Part shown: positions 55,801-64,000 of the stretch, piece by piece
Numbering within the stretch: the first letter of the stretch is position 1
Layout of the letters: every line of letters starts with the position of its first letter
Assembly (NCBI GenBank): GCA_965215005.1
Contig: CBDCCZ010000058.1
Span: 46,479 to 110,478, forward strand
Direction: 5' to 3'
Source of the DNA: Kofleriaceae bacterium
GTDB taxonomy: Bacteria; Myxococcota_A; Polyangia; Haliangiales; Haliangiaceae
Length of the DNA: 64,000 nucleotides
Notes under the pieces: model-generated
The model's input: the letters and a program-made list of their open reading frames with translations, nothing else
Told to the model about the DNA's origin: nothing
Database searches by the model: none
Program-made: the position numbers and the translations under genes

Positions 55801-58800
55801 GTCGCCGACTCGGTCGTCGATGGTGCGGTCGATGTTGGTTCTTCGCCGCGAGCGATTAGCAGAGTCGCGGCTCGCAGCCGCGCCAGCGCGGCGAGTGGCT
55901 CGCCCGGCGGGGCCTCATCGGTTTCGCTGGCGGCCGTTTCCAGAGCGGTAGCGACGTCTTCGAGTGCGGCGGCGGCCTGGTCCCAGTCGCTGATCCTGGC
56001 GGCGTTGACGAGCAGCGCGACCGTGAGTCGGGCATCGAGAGGACTGTGCTCGAGCGCCGCGCGCGCGACTTCGACGCCGCGGGCGGGGTCGGCGCCGAGC
56101 CGGGCCCGCATCACCGCGAGCGAAGCGGCGCGCGCCGGAGTCACGGCCTGTTGTTGGCGCGCCAGGACCTCCTCGAGCACGTCATCGTCGCCGAGCTGCG
56201 CGGCGAGCCGGCGGCTGGCCGCGTGCGCATCCTGGAGGTCGGGCTGGCGGTCGAGCACGCGCTGCCACGCATCAAGCGCGCTCGCGTAAGCGGCGGCCCG
56301 GGCGCTGGCGCGAGCGGCAACGCTTGGCTCCTGTCGCCACGCCGCGTCGGCCGCCTGCGCTAGAGCTTCGGCGGCGCGCGCGGCCCGCACTTGCGCTTGC
56401 CCCGGGTCGAGGCTGCCGGGGTCGCTGGCGCGCTCCGCGAGCAGCGCCGCGGCCTCTTCGAGGCGGCCAGCGGTCGTCAACGCCGCCACCAACAGCTCAT
56501 CGATGACGGCTGAGGCGGCCGAGCGTCGCCCGCCCGCGTGTGCCTCGAGCAGCAGCTCGGCAGCGGCGCCGGCATCCTCGTCAGCCAGCGCCTGCTTGGC
56601 CAGCCGCACCCGCGCCAACACCGCGCCCGCGGGCTCGGCGATGATCGCGGCGCGGTCGAGCTCGGTCTGCACCGCGGGGTCAGCGGCGGCGAGCTCGCGC
56701 AGCGCCGCGATGGCTGCGGGATGGTGCGGATCGTCGCGCAGCGCCGCGCGCAGGTGCGCGGCCGCGTCCCGCGCTCCGCCCTCGCGCACCGCCAGCAGCG
56801 AGGCGGTGCGCATCGCCGCGCGAGCGCGTGCATGCGGGGTGCGCGCGGCCAGCGCCAGTGCCGCCTGCGCCGTGAGCTCGCCATCGCGGTCGCCGACCTC
56901 GGCGCACGCGGCGGCGCAGCGGCCTAGCAGCACCGGGCTGCTATCGAGCGCCACGGCGCGCACGGCGTAGTCGCGGGCGGGTTCGGGCGAGGCCGCCCGC
57001 AGCGACGCGCGCCAGCCGTGCGCTGCCGCCAGCCGCGGCACGCGGTCAGCGAGGCTATCGGCGAGGGTTGCCAGGGCGGCGTCGGCGTCCGCCCTGAGCC
57101 GCCCGCGCCCAGCGAGCGCCATGCGCAGCGAAGGCTCGAGCTGCAGCGCGCGGTCGTAGGCGGCGGCGCTGTCGTCGGCACCGATGAGCTCGCGACCGAG
57201 CCCGGCGATGGCATACAGCGAGGCCGCCAGCGCAACCGTCGGCACCGCCGGCGTGGCCAGCTCCGAATCCGCTTGCCGCGCGGCCGCGAGCGCGGCGGCG
57301 AGCTCTTCCATGGCCGCACACAGCTCGCTTTCATCGGCAGCAAACGCGAGCTCCAGGCGGGCGATCAGCGCCCGCACGTCCGGCGCCTCATCGACCAGCT
57401 CTTGGGTGGCGGCTCGGGCCGCGTCCAAAGCGCCGCTGGCGGTCAAGAGATCAGCGCGGTGAGCTCGTAGGCCGCGGCGCTCGAGCTGCGAGGCGTGCGC
57501 GAGCTCGGTGTCCAAAAGCGCTAGCGCCTCGGCGGGAGCCCCGCGGCGGCGCGCGAGTCGGCGCAGACCTCGCTTCGCGGGCGGCAGCAGCGGCTGGACG
57601 CGCAGCGCTGCCTCGAAGTGGGTCTGGGCGCGGTCGAGGTCGTCGAGCTGTTCCGCCAGTTGGGCCGCCGCCAAGCGCAGCCGAGGGTCGGACATGGCGC
57701 CTGCAACCTCGAGCTCCCGCTCGTAGAGCAGCAGCGTCGCCGCGCGCTCCTCGCTGGCATCGGCGAGCTCGACCGGCAGCTCCTCGGGCAGCTCCAGCGC
57801 TTTGGGGTTCAGCTCCGGCAGCGGCGCTGCATAAAGCCCCGGCGCCGCGTCCCGCTGCGTGCCATCGGCCGCGAGCGCGTCGGCGGCCGCCGACTCGTAA
57901 TCGGCCGTGACGCGCTCCGAGCGCGCCGCGGGCACCACCGGCGTGGGCTCGTCGTCGGCGGTGCTGGGCCGCGCCGGCAACACCTCCGTACTCACGTCAT
58001 CCACCGCCGCCACCGGCTCGTCCGCATCCTGCGCGCTCTGGGCCGCCGCTTGGTCACGAGCCGCCGCTTCGAGCTCGTCCCACGGGCTCGACGGCTCCCA
58101 GGGGGCGGCACCGGCGTTGCCGAGCTCGATCTCGTGCTCATCTCGTGTCGCCGGCGCCGCCGTCGCACCTGCCCCACCAAGCTCGAGCTCGAAAACCTCG
58201 AGCTCCTCCACCACGGCCGCGGCGCCCCCGGCATCGCCCAGCACCAAGTCTTCGGGATCGCCCTCTCCTACCGCTGCGGACGCTGCGGTCGCAAACGGCC
58301 TGGCCCCCTCGGCCACCACCGACGGCTCGGCCAGCGGGCTCGGCCGCGGCCGAGGGGTGACGGCGTCGACCTCACCGCCGGCAACCGATCCGCCGCGAAA
58401 CCGCCGCGCCGCCGGCTCTGCCTCGAGCTCCACCACCAAGCCCTCCGCGTCGTCCGGGGCCGCGATGGGCGGCTCGGTCATGGGCCGGCGAACGAGATTG
58501 GCGGTGGTTCGGCGCACCGACGAGTTCTCGGCTTCTTCGAGCTCGGCCAGCGATGGCAGCGTGGCGGAGCTGATCTCGATGTCGGCGTAAAAATCCTCGT
58601 CGAGAGTGAGCTCGAGAGCGGGGGCGTCAGCGGCGGCGAACAGCGCTTCGGCCGCGGCGTTGGCGGCCTCCGCATCGGCCGCCATCAGCTGCTGCAGCTG
58701 ACCGTGGTCGGCAATGCGCGTGGATTCGCCGCCAAACTCATCCGCGTAGTCGTCACTGGAGTCGTCACCGAAGCCAGCGACGAGGCCGTCTTCGGAGAAG

Positions 58801-59462
58801 GCTCGCTCCTGGCGGCGGCGCTCGAGCTCGTCGCGGCGCACCAGCGCCGGGCCGGTTCGCGCAGGCTCTTCGGCGCCGCGCTTGACGGCGGCTAGCAGCG
58901 CGGTGTCGGGCACCGCAATCCGCGTCAGCTCGGGGACCGACTCGGCGAAATCGTTCTCGCTGGCGGCGACGAGCTTGGCCATCTCAGGGCCCGCCACCCG
59001 GGTGAGCTGCGGCGCATCGAACTCCGCGGCCGCCTCCGCTGCGTCGGCATGCCGATTGGGGGTCAGAGCCGAGATCGGCAGCTCATCGGGCAAGTCGCCA
59101 AACAATTCCTCATCGGTGGGCCCCGCCTGCAGCACGGTTTGCGACGGCCGCTTGGCCGAGGTGTAGACATCCTCTTCGTATTCTTGCGGCGGTGCGGCGC
59201 TCGTGGCCGGCTCGAGGCTGCCGCCCTCAAGGGCGCGACGGCCACCGTCATCGATCGGCGGCAGCGGCGGCGGCGCGCCCAGGAGCGAGCCGAGCGCCTC
59301 GGGCTCGCCTAGGAGCTCGTCGTCGGGGAGCGGCGCCGCGATGGCCTCTTCGATGGGCGGCGCGTCGTCGTGAAGATCGTCGAACATGTCGCCCCACGAA
59401 TCGAGCGCCGACAACAGCTCGTCTTCAGGCAGTCCGAGCTCGGGATCGTCTTCGTCGCTCAT
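52899..59462 (-). CDS. Giant TPR protein with an acidic disordered N-terminus (about 2187 aa)
   Basis: Many A..Y..AL...P TPR units; ATGA-coupled to the upstream gene. Confidence 0.82.
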   Translation of the reverse strand: MSDEDDPELGLPEDELLSALDSWGDMFDDLHDDAPPIEEAIAAPLPDDELLGEPEALGSLLGAPPPLPPIDDGGRRALEGGSLEPATSAAPPQEYEEDVYTSAKRPSQTVLQAGPTDEELFGDLPDELPISALTPNRHADAAEAAAEFDAPQLTRVAGPEMAKLVAASENDFAESVPELTRIAVPDTALLAAVKRGAEEPARTGPALVRRDELERRRQERAFSEDGLVAGFGDDSSDDYADEFGGESTRIADHGQLQQLMAADAEAANAAAEALFAAADAPALELTLDEDFYADIEISSATLPSLAELEEAENSSVRRTTANLVRRPMTEPPIAAPDDAEGLVVELEAEPAARRFRGGSVAGGEVDAVTPRPRPSPLAEPSVVAEGARPFATAASAAVGEGDPEDLVLGDAGGAAAVVEELEVFELELGGAGATAAPATRDEHEIELGNAGAAPWEPSSPWDELEAAARDQAAAQSAQDADEPVAAVDDVSTEVLPARPSTADDEPTPVVPAARSERVTADYESAAADALAADGTQRDAAPGLYAAPLPELNPKALELPEELPVELADASEERAATLLLYERELEVAGAMSDPRLRLAAAQLAEQLDDLDRAQTHFEAALRVQPLLPPAKRGLRRLARRRGAPAEALALLDTELAHASQLERRGLRAHRADLLTASGALDAARAATQELVDEAPDVRALIARLELAFAADESELCAAMEELAAALAAARQADSELATPAVPTVALAASLYAIAGLGRELIGADDSAAAYDRALQLEPSLRMALAGRGRLRADADAALATLADSLADRVPRLAAAHGWRASLRAASPEPARDYAVRAVALDSSPVLLGRCAAACAEVGDRDGELTAQAALALAARTPHARARAAMRTASLLAVREGGARDAAAHLRAALRDDPHHPAAIAALRELAAADPAVQTELDRAAIIAEPAGAVLARVRLAKQALADEDAGAAAELLLEAHAGGRRSAASAVIDELLVAALTTAGRLEEAAALLAERASDPGSLDPGQAQVRAARAAEALAQAADAAWRQEPSVAARASARAAAYASALDAWQRVLDRQPDLQDAHAASRRLAAQLGDDDVLEEVLARQQQAVTPARAASLAVMRARLGADPARGVEVARAALEHSPLDARLTVALLVNAARISDWDQAAAALEDVATALETAASETDEAPPGEPLAALARLRAATLLIARGEEPTSTAPSTTESATEGRAHPASREPLGAPTDEHAAALLAEVVAAQPQFAPAADALEELQRRHGRALEVATPSAATGVDDFARLVRDAEHLCDNLGDPARAVELYLRALTLRPSDPLAREGLWRAGVAAGEAAPLAELALRDLERASSGSDSSARADAYELLATIDQQLRGDEGSALLAWQSAVAADPTRLPAWRALERAYLQSNRVAELYEVYGRYGELLAADATAAAMALERARLARLLARPSSELNAELRRAAAPPPMRIALFHLEAQAREAGPSDELAALEETVAEYFAADPRGRAAFLTRAGETRMMLGQLDAAIDHFRTAAGMAGDSTAAFEGWREAALRGQLWLDVAESAERSAALADGPAERAALLHFAAVALMDRATNGERAARLLRQVLALEPRHRDAFLRLRMLLDEQGEHEALAALLAARVPLESAATVRIALHRELAALYRNVLEDRDAAKAELRALLTLRPSDRSAIAELSELAWEQGAWAEAAEALIVRARTETDPAVLKGVFYRLGILYADHLPDARWATKSFQKVLSFDPADADALDHLARVAAGAGDWRTALAACERLVKLGGEPEVRVGYLHRMAGILESGFGDRGQAERAYRAALELAPHSAAALQGLASFYHQTGELQSLRVHLDRLLARMRTRIVENPFDAEAHRVIARAMLERERAGVRGSRAVARYAAELASALDHPRSELAGDAELTAVLAADAPGAAAVLANAEHDDLLFPAAVPAALRQLLLHLGDRIAKHLALDLRSLGIARGDRLRPERDPQAAAVVAQVQRVATQLGIRAVEVYVADSLAARAIAVPSSPPALVIGAALASELPLDSLRFATGRALLLARACLTGAEHLEVDAFGGFLIALLRQLVPELAAAELPEAAITEQQARLRKLIPGALLSELRPYAVSLAGAPLDHRSIWMAIHRAGDRAGLVACGSATAALQVLRAGDATEERIADLIAFAVSDDHARIHASLA

Positions 59463-62400
59463 TCGCTGACCGTTAGATTCATGAGGCGCCGCAGCGCCAG
59501 GTGGTGGTCGCCAACCGCCCACGCGATTAGCTCGAGCTGAGGAGCGCCGAGCGAGCGGTCGCCGCTGCCGAGAATTGCTACCGCCGCTGCGAGATCGGCG
59601 CCCGCGAGCATGCCCGCGCGGGCGGCGGTGGCGAGCACCGCGTGTCGCCAGGCCAGGGGATCGCCGAGAGTCCCGAGGCGGTCGAGCAGCGCGGTGAGGG
59701 CGCGCTTGTCGCGCCGCGATATCGCCTTGGCCAACGCGGCGGTCGCGGCATCGAGCTCGGGATCGTCAGCGGCGGCCGCTAGCGCCGCTGGCAGCGTGGC
59801 GCTGCCGGCAACGCGCACGGCGGCCGCGAAGCTGCGCACCAGCACCTCGGGCTCGAGCTCGGCCACGCCGTGCGCCTGCAGGTGCGAAAGCGCCGCGGCG
59901 CGTCCCAACAGGAACCGCGCGGTCGCGTCTTCGCCGCGGGCCACGTCGCCGCTGAGGCACAGCACCGGCTTGCCCGCTGCCAACACGCGGGCCACGTGAC
60001 TCTGCGCCTCGGCGATGTAGAGCTCGCAGTCGGGCACCTCGAAGCTCGCCAGCGCCCGCGCCAGCGCCTCGTGCTTCTTCACCGCCGACTTGACGGCCAC
60101 GCGCTCGGAGCGGCCAAGCCCGAGCGCGGCAGGCGTGATGCCGGCGGCGCCTAACGCGGCCTCGGCGATGATCGGCCACAGCGCGGCGGCAACATCGTCG
60201 GTGCCAGGCGCACGCAGTCGGAGCTCCCAATCGCCCTCTTCGAGCGGCTCGCTGGGCAGCGTCTGGGGGAGCCGCTTCTGCGCCCGCGCCACCAGCGCCC
60301 GCTGCGCCTCGTCGGCGACTCCCAGCACCGCCAGGGCGGCGAGCGTCAAGAAGCGGGCGTCGGCGTCGCCAAGCCAGTCGAGAACCGTCGCGAGGCGCTG
60401 GTAGAGCTCGGCCCGGTCAGGCTGGGCGGCAATGGCGGCGCGCAGCTGCGTTGCCGCCTGCGCCAATAGCGCGTGGCGCGCGCGCGGCCCATCGCCGGCG
60501 ACTAGCTCGGCGAGCTCGGCAATGGCGCCAAGGTCGAGCGGATCGAGCTCTCGAGCGCGCTCGAGAGCCGCCCGCGCCTGCTCCGACTCGCCGGCGCGAC
60601 GCCACAACCCGGCCAAACGGCGCTCGAGAGCGCCATCATTGCCAGCCGAGGACTCGGCGATGATGGTCAAGTGTTGGGCGGCGGCGGCCCACTCCTGGGC
60701 TCGCTCGCACAGCGCCACCAGCTGCTCGCGCAGCGCCACCTCAGCGGGGCGCTCGCCAGCGAGGTGCTCGAGCTCGGCAATGGCGCCTGGGAGATCCTCT
60801 AGCGGCCCAGCCAAAAGCCTTGTCAGCTCGAGCCGGGCGGCGCTGCAGCGTTCGGGATCGCGTTCGTGGGCCAAATATCGGCGCCACAGCTCGGCGGCAG
60901 CGGCGGCATCGCCGCAGAGCCTTGCCCGGCGCTCGAGCGCTACAGTGCAGCTCTCATCGAGAGCCAGCGCGGCCGCCCAGTCACGCTGCGCGCTATCGAG
61001 CTCGCCGAGCTGCTCGTGCAGCTGCGCGCGCTCGAGCAGCAGCGGAAGCTGATCGCCGCCGTGGGCAAGTCGGTGATCGAGCAGCGCTACCAGGCCGGGC
61101 ACCTCGCCGCGTTCGCTGAGCAGCTCGTGGAGCCGTTGGTAGGCGGAATGGCCGGGATCGCCGGCGAGGAGCTCGCGGTACACCGGAATGGCGAGCTCGA
61201 CCTGGCCCAGCTCACCGTCGAAAATGTTGGCCGCTTCACTTAGCAGGGCGCATCGCGCATCTCGATCGCGTAGAGCGCTGGCGAAGGCGACGGTGGCGCG
61301 CGCGAGCCCGCTGCGGTCGCCGCCGCGGCGGCACAGGCGGCGAAGTAGCTGCAGTGCGCGCAAATCGCCGGGGCTGCGGGCCAGCACCTCGCTCACCAAC
61401 GCGCCGGCCTCGCGCAATCGACCGGCGGCTTCGAGGGCTTCGGCGCGGCACAGGGTCCAGTCGGCTTGGGCCGCGTCGCTGTCGGTGAGCGCTGCGCGCA
61501 TGGCAAACATCTCGGCACGCTCGAGCAGCCGGGCGCGCCGAGCGTCGGCGTCGAGCGGCGGTGAAGCCAGCTCTGGAGTGAGCAGCTCGGAGGCGGCCAG
61601 CAAGACCCCGACGTCATCGGGGGTCGCACGCGCGGCGCGCTCGAGCCGGGCGTTGGCGACCTCGAGCTCGCCAGCGACCTCGGCCCATACCGCGGAACGA
61701 AGCAGCAACGCGGCGGCCACCGAGGGCACTCTGATGGCATCGGCGAGCGCGGCGAGCGCCTCACCGCGATCACCGCCGTCGACGGCACGAGCCGCCAGCA
61801 CCGCGGCGCCCAGCGCCGCACCGAGGCATTGAGAATCGGCGGCGAAGGCGGCGGCGAAGGCCGCGGCGGCGGGCTCGGGAGCATCGCGAAACAGCCAGCG
61901 CCAACCGCGCTCCTGGTGAAAATCGCCAGCCAAGGCGCCGCCCGTCAGCTCGGCCAGGCGCTCCATCGCGGCGTCGGCGGCGGCAACGTCGTCGGCGGCG
62001 GCGAGATCCGCGATCGCCACGAGCGGCTCGGGTGCAGCCGGATCCAGCGCCGCGGCGCGGCGATAGCTGGCAAGAGCGTCCTCGGGCCGCTGGGCGCGCT
62101 CCTGCAACTGCGCGAGCTCGAGCAGGTCGCCGAGCTCGGCGTCGCCTTCGCGGCCTTCGACCATGGTCTCCAGGGCGCCGTCGAGCTCGCCTGCGGCACG
62201 CTGGAGCGCGGCGAGCTCGGCACGCGCCGCGGCCTCATCGGGCATGCGCGCGAGCAACTCGCGAAGCGCGGCCACGGCCTCATCGTTGCGCCCCGCGCGG
62301 GTCTCGAGCCAGGCAAGATCGCGCAGCGCGCCCGCCAGCGCTGGGCCATCGGCGAGATGCTCGGCCTGGGCGCGACGCTCCGCGGCGAGCTCATCGTGGC

Positions 62401-64000
62401 GTCCCAGGCGAGCCAAGAGCTCGATGCGCGCGGCTCTGAGCTCGTCGTTATCGGGGTCGAGGTCGAGCGCCTCGGCATAGAGTGCGGCGGCGCGTTCGGC
62501 CTGCGCGGGCTCGGCGGCCAAGAGCAGCGCGGCGGTGCCGAGAATCGCGGCGCGGCGCGGCGCGGCGTCGGTGGCCTGGGCAAGCTCGAGCAAGACCTCC
62601 GCGCGACGTCCCCGCAAGCCCTGGCGGCGGAGCAGGTCTTCGAGCCGCCAGCGCAGCCATGGCGGCTGGTCGGGCGCCAGCGACAGCAGCTCCTCGAGAG
62701 CCGCCGTCGCCGCTGCCAAGTCGCCCTGCGCCTCGCACAGCGCTGCCAGTCGCTCCAGTCGAGCAGCTCGCGTCGCCAGCGCCTCGGTAAGGCTCACGCC
62801 GCGGACCACGCGGGATTCGGTTAGGTGCTCCTGAAGGCGGGCGCGGGCGCCTTCGAAGTTGCCGCGCCGCTCGTGGAGATCGAGGAGCGCCTCGAGGGCC
62901 GACGAATCCGCCGGCGCTCGGTTTAGAGCTTGTTCGTAGCAATCAGCCGCAGCCAGCTCGTCGCCGGCGTGCTCGTGCGCGGCGCCGGCGGCGACGTAGA
63001 GCGAGGCGGCGCTCGCGCTGGCCGCCCGAGCCTCGCCCTGCACTGCCTGGTCCTGGGAGCCCTCCGCTTCGGCGAAGCTGGTGCCGGCGGCCATCGCGTC
63101 GCCGGCGGCGCGATACGCCGCGGCGAGGGCAGCGGCATCGCCGCGCGCGAGCGCATCGCGCTCCCGCAGCGCGGAGACCGCCGCGTTGCCGGGCGCGCTC
63201 GCGGCGAGTGTGGCGAGCAGCTCGCGCGCCTCTTGCTGCTTGCCGCCGCGCAGCAGCGCCCGCACCCGCCGCAGCGACAGCGTCAACGCCCGCGCGCTGT
63301 CGCCAGCCGCCGACTCCCAGCCAGCCATCAGCGCAGCGAGGGCGTCGTAGCGGCCCAGCGACTCGGCGAGCTCGACCAAGTCCGCGAGCACCACGGGCTC
63401 GGTGGGGGCAACGTCGAGCGCGCGCTGGAGGTACTCCCACGCCGCTTCCGCGTCGCCATCGGCGCGAGCGATGCGCGCCTGGCGTCGACGCAGGGCGGCG
63501 AGCTCGAGGTGCAGCGCGCGCCCGGCGCTCGCGTCGGGCTGCGAGTCCCCGAGCCGTTGCATGAGCCAGGCGATGCGCGCCTCCAGCGCCGCGAGCATTT
63601 CGCGAACATCGCCGGCGCGCTCGGCGACGCGGAAGCGCACCCGCGCCACCCGATCGACGTCGACTGCCAGCGCCACCGCGTCAGCAACGCAGTCTTGCGC
63701 GCGGTCGAGGCCGTCATCGCCCTGCTCGAGGTGCAGCTCGATGAGGTCTAAAAGGTACACCAAGCGCCGCTCTGGCGTCGTCACCGCGTCGGCCAGCGCC
63801 GCCCAAACGGTGGCGAGCAAGCCGTGATCGCGGTCGATCACCGCGCGCCGCTCGAGACTCAAGAGCGCCGACACCGACCCGGGGTCGAGCTCGTGCGCGG
63901 CTTGATAGGCCAGGCGCGCCTCGCCCGGGCGGTCGAGACGATCCTCGAGCAGGGTGCCCTTCTCGAGCAGCAGTCCGGCGCGCTCGACCTCGCTGCTGGC
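59459..64000 (-). CDS. Giant TPR protein, 5'-partial (over 1500 aa in window)
   Basis: Frame open to the window edge; dense TPR repeats. Confidence 0.82.
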   Translation of the reverse strand, partial: ASSEVERAGLLLEKGTLLEDRLDRPGEARLAYQAAHELDPGSVSALLSLERRAVIDRDHGLLATVWAALADAVTTPERRLVYLLDLIELHLEQGDDGLDRAQDCVADAVALAVDVDRVARVRFRVAERAGDVREMLAALEARIAWLMQRLGDSQPDASAGRALHLELAALRRRQARIARADGDAEAAWEYLQRALDVAPTEPVVLADLVELAESLGRYDALAALMAGWESAAGDSARALTLSLRRVRALLRGGKQQEARELLATLAASAPGNAAVSALRERDALARGDAAALAAAYRAAGDAMAAGTSFAEAEGSQDQAVQGEARAASASAASLYVAAGAAHEHAGDELAAADCYEQALNRAPADSSALEALLDLHERRGNFEGARARLQEHLTESRVVRGVSLTEALATRAARLERLAALCEAQGDLAAATAALEELLSLAPDQPPWLRWRLEDLLRRQGLRGRRAEVLLELAQATDAAPRRAAILGTAALLLAAEPAQAERAAALYAEALDLDPDNDELRAARIELLARLGRHDELAAERRAQAEHLADGPALAGALRDLAWLETRAGRNDEAVAALRELLARMPDEAAARAELAALQRAAGELDGALETMVEGREGDAELGDLLELAQLQERAQRPEDALASYRRAAALDPAAPEPLVAIADLAAADDVAAADAAMERLAELTGGALAGDFHQERGWRWLFRDAPEPAAAAFAAAFAADSQCLGAALGAAVLAARAVDGGDRGEALAALADAIRVPSVAAALLLRSAVWAEVAGELEVANARLERAARATPDDVGVLLAASELLTPELASPPLDADARRARLLERAEMFAMRAALTDSDAAQADWTLCRAEALEAAGRLREAGALVSEVLARSPGDLRALQLLRRLCRRGGDRSGLARATVAFASALRDRDARCALLSEAANIFDGELGQVELAIPVYRELLAGDPGHSAYQRLHELLSERGEVPGLVALLDHRLAHGGDQLPLLLERAQLHEQLGELDSAQRDWAAALALDESCTVALERRARLCGDAAAAAELWRRYLAHERDPERCSAARLELTRLLAGPLEDLPGAIAELEHLAGERPAEVALREQLVALCERAQEWAAAAQHLTIIAESSAGNDGALERRLAGLWRRAGESEQARAALERARELDPLDLGAIAELAELVAGDGPRARHALLAQAATQLRAAIAAQPDRAELYQRLATVLDWLGDADARFLTLAALAVLGVADEAQRALVARAQKRLPQTLPSEPLEEGDWELRLRAPGTDDVAAALWPIIAEAALGAAGITPAALGLGRSERVAVKSAVKKHEALARALASFEVPDCELYIAEAQSHVARVLAAGKPVLCLSGDVARGEDATARFLLGRAAALSHLQAHGVAELEPEVLVRSFAAAVRVAGSATLPAALAAAADDPELDAATAALAKAISRRDKRALTALLDRLGTLGDPLAWRHAVLATAARAGMLAGADLAAAVAILGSGDRSLGAPQLELIAWAVGDHHLALRRLMNLTVSE

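Overview
A high-GC chromosomal segment, most likely from a myxobacterium (inferred from gene content: Ser/Thr kinases, FHA-sigma54 activators, giant TPR proteins and many lipoproteins). It appears to lie at the replication terminus, because a well-formed XerC/D dif site sits at 1433-1460 and the essential tRNA-Val-thrS-rpmI-rplT-pheS-pheT-ihfA-merR-tRNA-Pro-surE-apt cluster is transcribed toward it; infC is missing from that cluster. Left part: a nucleotidyltransferase/small-partner pair beside dif, a receiver/NtrC/histidine-kinase cluster, a lid-less DnaK paralogue with an HPA-type J/TPR protein, sodC, a TonB receptor, tRNA-Arg, a PKD lipoprotein, a Kef-type antiporter and an IS3 remnant. Right part: a Ser/Thr kinase-TPR-FHA/GAF/sigma54 operon with a downstream sigma54 promoter and matching palindromic sites, a giant DECD-box helicase, an Lnb/DUF4105-like protein, an orphan PilY1-like protein, a gene broken at a C6 tract, a zincin/PPC lipoprotein pair and two giant TPR proteins. 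No CRISPR array, rRNA or intact mobile element was seen. All calls are by-eye motif recognition; no searches were run.
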